Shown here in pieces: positions 50,800-62,000 of a stretch of 64,000 bases of DNA. Position 1 is the first letter of the stretch, and each line of letters starts with the position of its first letter. The DNA comes from Eutreptiella sp. 'Long Island Sound 2002' (taxonomy: Eukaryota; Protista; Euglenida), in contig OZ038378.1 of NCBI GenBank assembly GCA_964036045.1, forward strand, positions 140,492,001 through 140,556,000. The letters are read 5' to 3'. Made by a program: the position numbers and the translations under genes. The notes under the pieces are model-generated. The model saw nothing but the letters and a program-made list of their open reading frames with translations, made no database searches and was not told where the DNA came from.

Positions 50800-51270
50800 C
50801 TCATGTGCCCTTCTAAGAAACATATGCGCACACAGAGAGAGAGTCCGGAACAGGTCCTGGGGGAGAATGCCACACAGCTTTATGGCCCCGATGGGCCTGT
50901 ATGGCATGCAAGAAATGGGAATACCCGCCCTCGCTCGTCCACGTTCTCCTTGAGGGCGGCTAGGGCTTGCCGCAGCTACGCGGAGAGCGTCCTCTCACTC
51001 TCCAGAAGGACATCTCGCACCCAGGTGGTTGCGCACAGTGTCCATTTCGCATTTCACGCTAAGGGCACTTGGGTGCAATAGGGTTTAGCCGGGGCCGTGG
51101 TACTTGTCCTCGTCTGCGACGTGGTAGATCCTTTCGATCAGGATCTTGACCCAATTTACCCGGAAGATCACAGTGTCCTTTAGGGGCGTGGGCTTCACAT
51201 CGCGCAAATGATGGTCAGCCCAACGCTCAAAAATGAGCTGCCAGTGGCAGCTGCCAGTCACCTCCCTTGT
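50800..51270 (-). mobile_element. Possible diverged transposase N-terminal remnant related to 5009-5450
   Basis: LRQALAALKENVDERG resembles EDRALEALNENVART. The match is weak. Confidence 0.3.
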
Positions 51271-51529
51271 GGCCGAACCCCCCCCCCCCCCCTAGAAATG
51301 ATTGGGCCTACTCATTAGGGAGGGGCGTTGTGCGCCCCGACCCCGGCCCTGTCACCCACATCAGCACGGTCCTACTTGTTGCATCCCCATCCTCACGGCG
51401 CCGCCGGCAGTGGCTTTCGGCCTTGCTATGCAACTGCTTCCAAAGGAAGAGTTCTAACAGCCACCGCAGGGTGTAGATTGTGGGGTTGGCGGATTTCAGG
51501 ATGCAAGCATCCAGGGGGCTAGAGGACCA

Positions 51530-52900
51530 TCTCTTTTGCTGAAGGCTGCATAAACAGTTGTTAAAGATCGCATGAAGATTGTTGAAGATTGCCCAATGAT
51601 TTCCGAAGGGTGCATGAAAATGCCGGATATCAATTAAGATCACCAACCCTTGACAAGCCCTAAGCGACCAACCTCCTTCAACAATCTTCGCAGATTTTCC
51701 AATCAACCTCTAAGCAATTCCTAGCCAATGTCTAGCAACCTGTAGGCAACCTTCAACAACCCCCAACCGACCACCAACCGACCTCCAGTAATCTCCACAC
51801 AACCTCCCAATTGTCATCTTCAGGCATTCTGCAGTACCCCCGCTTGTCTAAGGCGTAGGGATTGTATTAATTCCGTACCCAGTTTAATTCGGTACGAAAT
51901 GTAGTGCAACCACAGAAGACATGGGTTTAGTGACAATTCTGCCAATTACATGGAGTCATGGACACATTTGTTGTGATTGTTTGCCCACTTGAACCCAAAG
52001 AGCTCTGATTTTGGGGATATTTGTGCATTATCTTCACCTCTCATGGTGGTGGCGTGTGTGCTGATAGTTTTGTGTGTCGCACGCAAGCTGCGGCCTTGTC
52101 TAAGCTACAGTAGGCGTAGGGACCATATTAATTCCGTACCTTTGCGTAGCTTAGACAAGGGGGGGGGGGTAATTTCAAGGCAACGTTCAAGCAAGTTTCA
52201 GAAATCTTTAGGCAATCTTCGGCAAGTTTCATGCAATCTTCATGCAAATTTCAAGAATCTCAGAGGAATCATCAGCAACGTTAGCATCACCACGAGGCTA
52301 GGCAACCTCTTGGAAACTTTCCTGAATCAACGGGCATCCCTGGCAACTGGTAGGCAACATCCAGCGAGTTCCGGGCAATCTCCATCCATTCTCTAACATG
52401 TTTCATAATTTTTCAAGCAATCTTTAGCAAGCTCAAGGCAAGCTTTGGCAATCTTTGGGCAATCCATCACCAGATCACAACCTACAGTCAATCTTCATCA
52501 ATTTTTCTGCAGTCTTCTGCAATTTTAAACAATCTTCAGCAATCTGTAGGAAATCTTCAACCACCTTCGGGCATCCTCTAGCAAACTCTAGGCACGTTTT
52601 AGCAGCCTCTTGCAAAATGAGTAATCTTCAGCCAATCTTCAGCAATCTTCACGTAGCTTTTAGGTGGTATTGAGGGTACATCCGGCAATCTTTATCTCTT
52701 GTGACAATTCTTATGATTTCTTCAGCATCTTCAACAACTCCCAGCGATCTTCAGCAATCTCCGGGCAACCTCCAAGCAATCTCCATAAAATCTCCAACTG
52801 ACCTGCAAATCACGAACCTCTGGGCAATCTCCAGCAACCTCCAGCAACCACCACCACCATCCCACAATCTCTAGGCAGACTTCAGCAACTTACCACTCGA
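51530..52900. repeat. Degenerate low-complexity (ttcagcaatct/gcaacct)-type repeat with a short inverted part at 51540-51640
   Basis: Dense recurrence of caatct/caacct; gaagattg occurs on the opposite strand at the start. Confidence 0.8.
52094..52160. mobile_element. 67-bp mini hairpin element with perfect 15-bp terminal inverted repeats
   Basis: ccttgtctaagctac (52094-52108) and gtagcttagacaagg (52146-52160). Confidence 0.7.
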
Positions 52901-55894
52901 CCAAACCGCTGTGCACAACAAATCAACATAGTGCAAACCCCATCTCTCAGGTGAAGAATAGGTGCAATGGACTTGGAACCTTGCAAACAGTGACCGAGAC
53001 TCACACCCCCCCCCCCCCCCCCGGACCTCTTCCCTGCCACCTACTCTTATTGTGTTGCATTACTCAGCTCAGAGATCTTGAGTGGGGTGTTCTGAGGACA
53101 ATGTCTCCTCTGCGTTCGGAAAGGTTTTTTTTCGATTCAAGAGCCTTTCCCTGACCCCTATTCACGCATCCCCGACCCTCCAACAACCATCCTCCTCCTC
53201 CAAAAAAACACGTGTTCTCCCCCTTTTTGAACAGAACTGTGATTTGGTGGCGCTCAAAGTGCCAAAAGTGCACATCACTAACATAAAGCAACACGCTGCA
53301 GACCAAGCTGCCAAAGCAGCAGAAGAAACGGAGCTGGAGGAGGAGCAGGCCTTGTATGACTATGAGAACCGCTGAACCCGCTCAACCCATGGAGCATTCT
53401 GCGGCAATTGTGGGGACCTATTCACCTTCGTGCCGAACACATGTCCAGTTCGGATTCAGTGCTGGCTGGTGAATTGCTGGCGTATATACGAATGCACCCT
53501 GGAGCACGCTGGTTCGCATTGAGAATGCCACCACAGGCTCATACGCTGCTGACGAGTCCGCTGCACGGTTGGCAAAGGGCAACTGTTCGGGGCTCGATTT
53601 GTGCCATGAATCCCTGAAGAGGAACTGGTAATTGCAGAGATGTAGTGAAAGATGCTTTGCCCAAGACTGCCCCTGAAAGCAAATTGAGTGCTGGTACGTC
53701 CGCTAAGGGAGTGAGGCGTTGCCCTGTTGCACCAGGATGCTCACAAGCTGCGCTCGTTAGGTTAGGTTAGTGGTGTTGGAGGAGAGGGCGGCTCAGCTGA
53801 TGCTCCCCTCTGTCTTGGGCTGTGAGGAAGTCGATTTGAAGAACTTGAAATCAAACTAAACGGGACACTCTACATGGCAGTCCCTCATCATTCACATTGC
53901 GTTTGCAGAGGTCACGCTGGCAGGGCTGCGGGAAGGCTGGGGCAACCTCTTCTTTGTGACATTCATAGGCCCTTTTTTCTTGATGAAAAGCAGCCATGTT
54001 TGAACCATCCCTCGGAACCAACTTGGCGTGGTGCAAGAAGGTTGGTATTCACAGCCTTCATCCCTCTCAAGGTTATACTCGATTGTGTGAGCCCACCGAT
54101 CAAGGCTGTCCGTACACTTTGGCTCATCCGAACTCCCATGACACTTGTTACATTCCGTTGCATTTTTTTGGGCACTTTTGAAGGAGCTCAAGAAATACCA
54201 AAGCAAACCACTAACGTGGTGCGTCAGATGCTGAGTGCTGCTGGAATTGTGATTTGCATGGCTGCTGAAAGTGTAGCAGTCTCTTGCGACGGGACGCAGT
54301 ATCGGCCGAGTCTTGGAGGAAGAAGCGGTTGGTTCTATTAGGGGCTGTGGGAAGTGCAGAACATGACCTGCGCAGTTTTGGTCAACGGTAGAAAATCACT
54401 GAGTGAAGGGAGTCAAGCAGACATGATGGAATTAGTGGTTGAAATGAAGCTTACATTGGTTGATGACGGCTGCACATGTGCATGCCCACCAGAGCCTGCA
54501 GCAGAGTAGGCAGATTTTGAGAGAGACCAAATACAATGTCAGTTGTTGTCTCATGCTGCTGCAGTGCTATTTGTGAAGGGCAGGGATGTTGGTTGGGATA
54601 CCAAGGCAGGTAGTTGAAATCAAGATCAGCCAGGCAGCCTGTCCATTCACAGCAGGCAGTGTGTCCAACTAGTGTTGATTTGGTGCAGTTGTTTGTAAAC
54701 CACCAGCACGTCAGCCTGAGGCACGTTACCATGCTGCACATGGTAGGGGACAAAACCCCCCCATTTTGGGTGAATAAACCCCTCTGAGGGTTTCTCCTCC
54801 ACAGAAGGTTTTTTTTTCACCTAAACTGGGGGTTTTTTTTCTGGGGGGGTTTAGGGGTTTGTTTCTCCCTGTTTTTTTGGGCGGGTTGCATCTGCTGGGG
54901 GAACTTTTTTTCAGGGTTTGTTCCCCTGGTTTGGCGGTTTTTTTTCCACCACTTTTGGGTTTTTTTTTCTCCCCGTTCGGTGGGGGGGTTCACCCATTCT
55001 GGGGGAGTTTTTCACCACTTTTGGGTTGTTTTTTCACCCTTTTACCAGTAGCCCATGGTTTCCAACATCTTTGCAAAGTGTGAGGTTGGAATGCATAGGT
55101 GCGTGTGGGCTGCGATGGTCGTCAACTGTGCCCCCCCCCCCCCTATTGTGCTACGGTGATTGTGCTACGCTGGGGGGTTTTTTTGTGACTGGGGGCGGGG
55201 GGGGGGGGGGCATTTCCATTTCAGGCATAGAGGTAAGAGGGGTGGTGGTAATGAAACTTTTGCGGTATGGAAGGGCAGCACAGAAATCACGGAGGGGACA
55301 GAAAGGGGGATGCACTGCCAAGAAAGAACAGATTCAGACAGGGGGCAGGAGAAAGACAAGTTCTGTTTCATTACCGAGTTGAATTCTCATTTTTGCGTTG
55401 CATTGTGCTGTTCGCTCTTTTGCAGGAGAGTGGAGTTTCAGTCAAAGTACAGAACTCAGTTTTTGGTCAGGTTCGGGGAGGGGGGCATTAACAATAGGGG
55501 ACCTGCAAAGGAACGTGTGTTGGTGAGAAGAAGGTTGAAGTTGCTTTGTGACAATGGCAGGAAAGGTTAGTTGTTGTGGTGGTGGTGCGTACCAAAAAAA
55601 CCCCCTGTTTTGGCGCAACCCCCCCCCCCCGGCTAAAATGTACCAAAAGCCCCCCCCCCCCCCAAATGTACGACCCCCCCTGGGATTTTTTGGCACAAGT
55701 TGGAGGGTTCTTTGGTACATTTTTCGGTTTTTTGTACATTTTGGGGGGTTTTTTGGTACATTTTGGCACGGTTTGGTACAATTTCGGTTTTTTGGTACAA
55801 TTTGGGTTTTTTTTTAATACAAAACGGGGTGTTTTATGGGACAATTCAGGGGGTTTTACGGTGCAATTCAGGGGGTTTCAAGTACACATCTGGG

Positions 55895-56147
55895 CAAAGG
55901 CTGATTAAAGTCCTGGACGCTGTGCGACGGGTTAAGCGAGAGGGTCATGGGTCAGGGGCTGGCGCAGCCTCCCCCCCCCTCCTGCCGCCCACCCCTTGGT
56001 GTCGCGGCGCTATGGAAGGACTGGTGCCCCGAGGTCAGGTTTCTTCCCCCTCCGCTCGCGCATGGCCCAGGCCCGGGTACCCTAAGTTTCTTGTGGACGC
56101 TGATTGCACGCCCGACCTTTGCGAGGCTCCTCATTGCCTCATCCTCA
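55895..56147. mobile_element. 253-bp GC-rich insertion flanked by a 17-bp target-site-like duplication
   Basis: tcaagtacacatctggg (55878-55894) and tcaagtacacgtctggg (56148-56164), one mismatch. Confidence 0.6.
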
Positions 56148-56649
56148 TCAAGTACACGTCTGGGGATTTTCAATACATTTCGTCTAGGCTTTGTCGGACA
56201 TTTTTCGGGCTGTTTTTTGTGCACATTGTTTGCAGGACGTGGCTGTTTTGGGGCTGAAAATATGGCACAAATACGTACAGGTGGGTACGGCAGGGGAGGT
56301 GGGGGGTGCTGTAGGGGGCTGACCTCGGGTTGAGCCCTTGGAAGAAGAAGCAACCCACCGTAAATGAATTGGCAGAAAAGAACGAGAGAGCACATTGCAG
56401 GGGCGGAGGGGGGGGCGTTCATATGGAACAAGTAAATATGGAACAGTGCAGGTATGAAAGGGCACGTGGCAGCATAACAAAGGAAGCACATGGCTGCAAT
56501 GCAAAGTTTTCACCCCCAAAAAGATGGACCTAATGGCAGACCAAAAAGTTGTGTAGAAAGGAAAAAAAGCCGAGTAATCCATCTGTGGGGTCTTTTTTTG
56601 TACAAAAGGGGGGCAAAGGCCAAATTATAGTCCTAGATGTTTCATTTTA

Positions 56650-57728
56650 GTACAAAAAGAGGCACCCAAGTTGTCTTTTCTGCACACAATGTTTTACAAG
56701 TGTAGCGTATGCGGGGAAGCCAAATGAGGGTTTGGGCGAAAGCGTGTTTTTGATGGTGCATATTTCACCGAATTTGGTGAAGAGGGGCTCAGATACTCTC
56801 CAGACACATGATTTGATCGCTTTTGGTTGATGAATCCTAGTATTGCGGAGCCAACTCTCCACTCCATTGCCGAACGTCAATTATAGCCATAAGGTTTCAC
56901 ATTGCATGGGGTAATGGTTTGGTATTAGAGGACAAGAGTTTTCGAGGGTTCTTTTTCCCAAGCGCGGACTTCACCACAGCTTTGTCGTCCACAAAAGGTT
57001 CGACTCATTTTTCTTACACCTTCGACTTTCCGTCCAAAGGGCTTGCCATGTGGTGCCATCGGACCTTGATATGAGTCGAAGTGTGGATAATGCTACTGGG
57101 GTGTTTGCGCTAGAGGCCTATGCATCGGCGGAGAAGATGGTGTTTGGATGTAACCGTTGAAGAACATGAGCGTTTTCGATAACTCTTCTTTTATCTTTAT
57201 AATTGTTGTGGATGCAGTTGCTTTGTAAGCCTCCAAGGTTTGCTCCATTTGTAAGCATCTTGTTGAGGCCATGTTGAGATCTGCAGTTGGAGATTCCAAT
57301 GTCTTAGTCGCGTTCTCTGCAACCACGGTCAAGAACTCGATCTTCTTTTGTAGCGCCATGCATTTTAGCTGGAGTTCATTACAATTAGCTGCAATTCGAA
57401 CCCGAATCGCATTTCAACTGGTCTTCAGCCGCTCAAACTGCTGCTCCAGGTTAGTAGCCGCATTCTTCGACACCCATTGATTCCACTTTGTCTCTTGTGT
57501 TAGCAGTTTCACTTGGAGTCCTGCATTCACCGTTTGGAGCCTATAGAGATCGAGTGACATCAAAGGTAACCATTTTGGTTCGCGATCGGTGCTCCGCATC
57601 ATGATTAGCTTATGCAACAAGTTCCAAAACTCTTGATGCAGCAGCGAGTCTAGACGGAACAAGCCGTTGCCGACAAAATGCAGCATAGCTTTGCCATCGA
57701 AGATGTTGTTGTTGCCCATCAGGTTCAA
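56650..57728 (-). pseudogene. Coiled-coil ORF remnant (gag/ORF1-like, unclassified)
   Basis: ORFs 57414-57728 and 57093-57359 are in one frame, separated by a single stop. Heptad-rich (LEQQFERLK...LQKKIEFL...LQMEQTLEAYK). Confidence 0.35.
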
Positions 57729-59099
57729 TTCAATATAGTTTTGTCTTCACGCACTGAAATTGAAATTGATCAAATGGATCGAATATTGATTCTCCGACCA
57801 CCAAACTTGGAAGCCAACTGATGTGGTCGTGTCTAAGTGGTAGACAAAATACGTCTAGCGGAACAGTAAGACTGCTAAGTCTGGAACAGCCTATACTGTT
57901 CCACAAGACGTAAGAGTTGTGCCAGATGACGTACTACCGTCTAGTCGAATAGTATGACAAACAGTTAGACGTAGGATCGAGCTCTACCAACCAACCACAG
58001 CCTAGACCCACCCACTATGTTATACTATGTTATCATATGTTATGTTATGTTTAACTGTCTGCAAGAGACATGTGTAATGTGTTTCGACGTATGTATGTGT
58101 CTTCATGTGATTGATTCAATAACCCAGGAGCTGCAAGAACTCTGGCCGAATATTTTCTCAGTAATTTACTTCTGTTTGTTCTGCAAAGTTGCGACTTGCT
58201 AACCGTCGGCATTGCTCTCCTGTGATCCGTCATCCATGATGGGAAAACGTTTCTGGTTTACTCTCACTTGTGTTTGTTCCTTGTATATGCTTTTGAAAAC
58301 CTTGCTGATTTTCCACAACTCAAAATGAAGTCCACACAGAGGTAATGTAGAGCAAGTCCAGACACCGGATCAATCGAATCAGGATAAGTCCTTCCACAAT
58401 CAAAAACATGTGTAACAAAGAGGGGCTGCAGATAGACAAATGTAGATCTAAATACAAAGCTCCAATGGTTTATAAACAAAAAAGATGATTTTATGTGAAA
58501 ACTGGCAAGACTCAGGCCACCAAGATAGCACCAAGCACTTCATGTGCACTCTTTTGGATGAAATGGAGCTGGTTAGGAATCTGGGGCAAAGGAGTTAGGC
58601 CAGACACAAAATATGGCTTGGCTAGCAAGGCCAAGCAACTGAATTCAGAAACAGCTACAAAGTAGGACCACAATAAGTGGTAGAATCAATTGAGTATAGG
58701 GGTCTTGAGGTGGGGGACCACTAGGCTTAACCTCCAAGGCCTTAGGCATGAAGTGCCTACCTTATTTCCGTATAACCTCCATGAAGGAAGATACCTCCGC
58801 TCAGTTGAGTGGTAGGGGTGAACTTCATGGGGGGCTAGGGTTATAACCCTAGTTACTTTGAGAAATTGTACTTCAAACTTCAAAAGAAAGACAAAAATGA
58901 TTAAGTTAGTCTCAACATCAACAAAAGGTTTTTAAGGGGGGGCTCAGTCTGGATCAAGTCCCCCAAGAAAGACATGGCAGTGACTTTTTTTCTTAGTCCC
59001 CCTGGAGTACTAGTTGATCAAGCTAGTAGGACCGAGGAAAAAGGCTCAAATTTCCCCAAAATTACCTCAGAAAATGCATTAAACCAGCCAAAGACACTC

Positions 59100-62000
59100 T
59101 CATCGGTTCATACTTGTTGCGATGTTGGTCGGTGCCAGGTGTGTGGGGCCGGCACGGTACGTTTGTACTGTGCGCCGCCCGCCCGCCGCGGGGGAGAAAA
59201 GCCATGACAAGTGGTCGGACCGCTGTAAAAACATTTTTCCCCTGTCGGTGCCCTGTTCCCTGCCCCGCCCTGGCAGTGTTGCATGCACAATCCATTATCC
59301 GGTATTTCGTGGTGCTCCGTAGCCGTACTTCCAGTTTCGCTTGTGCCACTCATATGTACACCCCCCGTCTGTGGCAAGGCCCCGCCGGTCCCCCTCGGTG
59401 TGTCCCTGTGCTCCCCATGGGAGCCCCAGGGTGTTGTCCCAGCTCGGTGGTGCTGTGCTCGTGCTCGTGCCTGTCTGTCTGCCGTGCGCCTTCTCGTGTC
59501 GTGCGTTGCGGGTCATTCGGGTGGCGTCTCTGTGTCACGGTGCTGGGTGTGGTGGCTAGGATGGTTAGGGTAGTTCGGCTTGTGCTGTGGTGTCGGGACG
59601 CTCCGTCCGACGTGGCGGGTTGGGCTCGGCGTAACACACCCGTGCCTGTTGGCAAGGGGGTCGGCGCGGCCCCGTGTGGTGAGCTTGTGGCCCCCCGCAT
59701 GCCCCGGGTAGGGTTGTGGAGGACAGGAGTACCGGGCAGTGTTGCAGCCCCCTTCCCTCTCATGGACGCTGTTAACTGTCTGCGGGGAGTGTGCCCCCCG
59801 TACCATTTGCATAAGTTATACGTGTCGTAACCTTACGCGTCCCAGGCGCTCAACTCCCCGGAGGAGGTGCGCGCTGGTCCCCGCGGTGCACTTATCTTCG
59901 GATGCTCGCCCTGGACGGTAATACTCTGGCCGGTGGTTCGCTAACATTCTTGTGGTTATCGGCCCGGCCGCGGGTTCCGCGTATTTGGCTGGGCCCTTTG
60001 CCCGGCCCCTTGTGGATCCAGCTCGCGGGAGAGGAGGATGAGGCGGGAGGACCGGTCCGGGCGTGGCGCCGCCTCGTTCCCTGCTGCAGGTGGATCGCGG
60101 GGTCCGAAAAGCGTGGCCCTCGCCCGGGGGGTTGTAGGAGGAAGTCGTGGGTTTTCCGTGCGTGCTTGACACCACGGGTTGCGAAGGCCGGCCTCCACTC
60201 TCCGGGCATCTGTTGCATGTGTCGGGCAGGTTGACGTCCGTCTCGTCGGTTTGTCGGACCGTCAGGTGTTGCTGGGGTGTGTTGCGTGGCTGTGTGCCAC
60301 TGGGTCGTCGCGGTAGTACCTGTGGCCAGGCGCGGCTCAGGGTCCTGAGGGGGCGTCCCATGCGTCGCACCAGCGCCCCTTGGAGGTTACTGAAGTTTGC
60401 GTGCACAAGGGCTGGGCGTGCCGCCCGGGTCTCCGCCTCAGTGCGGACGGCGGGTTGCCGTCAATTGCCCAGCGCCAGCGCCCGGATCCGGTGGCGTGCG
60501 CTGTTTGACAACACCCCCGTGATCATCCGTTCGGCTGCGGGCTCCGCGTGTTTGGCTGGCCCCGTTGCCCGGCCCCTCGCGGACCCGTTACGTGGGAGAG
60601 GAGGGTCAGGTGGGATGGCGGCCCTGGGTGTGGCGCTGCCCCCTTTCCTTGTTGCAGGCGGGTCGCTGGGGTCCGGGAAGTGCGGCCCCCGTCCGGGGGA
60701 TGTGGGAAGAGGTCGCTGGGGTCATATTTGTGTCCGACACCGTGGGCTGCTAAGGCTAGCCTCCACTCCTTGGGTGTCCGTCGTGCGTGCCGGGCAGGTG
60801 GACGCCATCCCCGCTGGTGTGTCCGGTCGACGGGTGGTGCCGTAGCATGTTGCACGGCCGCGCGTTGCTGGGTTGTACGAGGGGTCTTGTTGGGCGAGGT
60901 CTGCCCGGCCGGGGTCTTTGTGGTTCGTGGCCGACCCCGCTGCCGCTGGCGTGACGGTCATCGTCCGGTCATCTGGCGGGAGGAGGCGGTCCCAGCTTCG
61001 CCGCGCCGTCTCTTCCCTGCGCGTGGCCGGTGTGGGACTCGTGCCGTGCGCGTGCGGCCGTGCGTCGTCGCTGCAGGTCCTGTGGTCGGCCGCGGGTCAG
61101 GGCCCTGGGGGGTTACCCTCACGTCGTACAAGGGCGCTGCGGAGGGCACTGAAGATTTCGTGCACCAGGGCCGCGTGCGCCGCCCGGGCCTCCGTCTCAG
61201 TGCGGATGGCAGGCTGCAGCTGCCCGCCCAGCGCCAGTGCCCGGATCTGGTGGATCGCGAAGACGGGGCACAGGTTGGGCTCAGTGGGGGTTTCCGCCGT
61301 CGGTTCCGGGATGGCCTCCATCTGCTGCCAGCCGTCGAGGTAGAATCTCCACGCCGCTGACCACGCCCTGGTCCGCGGCCAGCGGCGCCGCGCCCACCGC
61401 CAGAGGCAGTAGAGGGCGTGGGCTGAATGCCAGGTGCCTGCCGTCCCCGACACAATGGCAGTCAGGGGGTCCGGGGGTTGGTCTGGGGGCAGGGGGGTAG
61501 CGTTGTCCGGCAGGTCCGTGGTCGCCCGGAGCATGGAGTCGACGGCCTCCGGGCTCCAATGGTTGTCCTGCGGGTGTGGGATGATCCGCACCTGGTAATA
61601 GTGGCCATTCTCCAACACGATCATGGCGATGGTACCGGGGTCACGTTCGCGCGGCGGGGGCGCTGCGCGCGCCGTCTCCGGGTAGTGTGCCGTCAGGTTC
61701 GTGAGGTTGTGCCCCCTGCTAGGGCGGTCCCGCTTTCCCATGCCTCCAGGCCCTCGTGCGGTGGGATACGGAGGTTGTCGGGTCTCGGTGGTGGGGCGGC
61801 CCGCTCCCGGCCTCCGGTGGTGGGTGCGCGCCTGGGGTCCGTCGGCGGCGCTATGAGCGTGTGTACCCAGCCCAGGTGTGGGACCCACACGGCCCATTGG
61901 GCCGGTTGGTGGGTGTTGAACCACCAGATCCACGCTTCAATGAGGTCGTCAGAGACCTGTGTCCCGGGGGTGACGAGCGCCTGGAGCTGTTGCACAAAGA

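Noticed and set aside
53240-53375. Phase-0 terminal-exon candidate (NCDLVALK...YDYENR*) compatible with exon D
   Set aside because: Splice signal and phase fit, but its acidic, non-HEAT composition and competing nearby candidates leave it unassigned.
58925-58945. tttttaaggggggg polypurine-tract-like motif
   Set aside because: It is not followed by a TG LTR start, and G runs are ubiquitous in this sequence.
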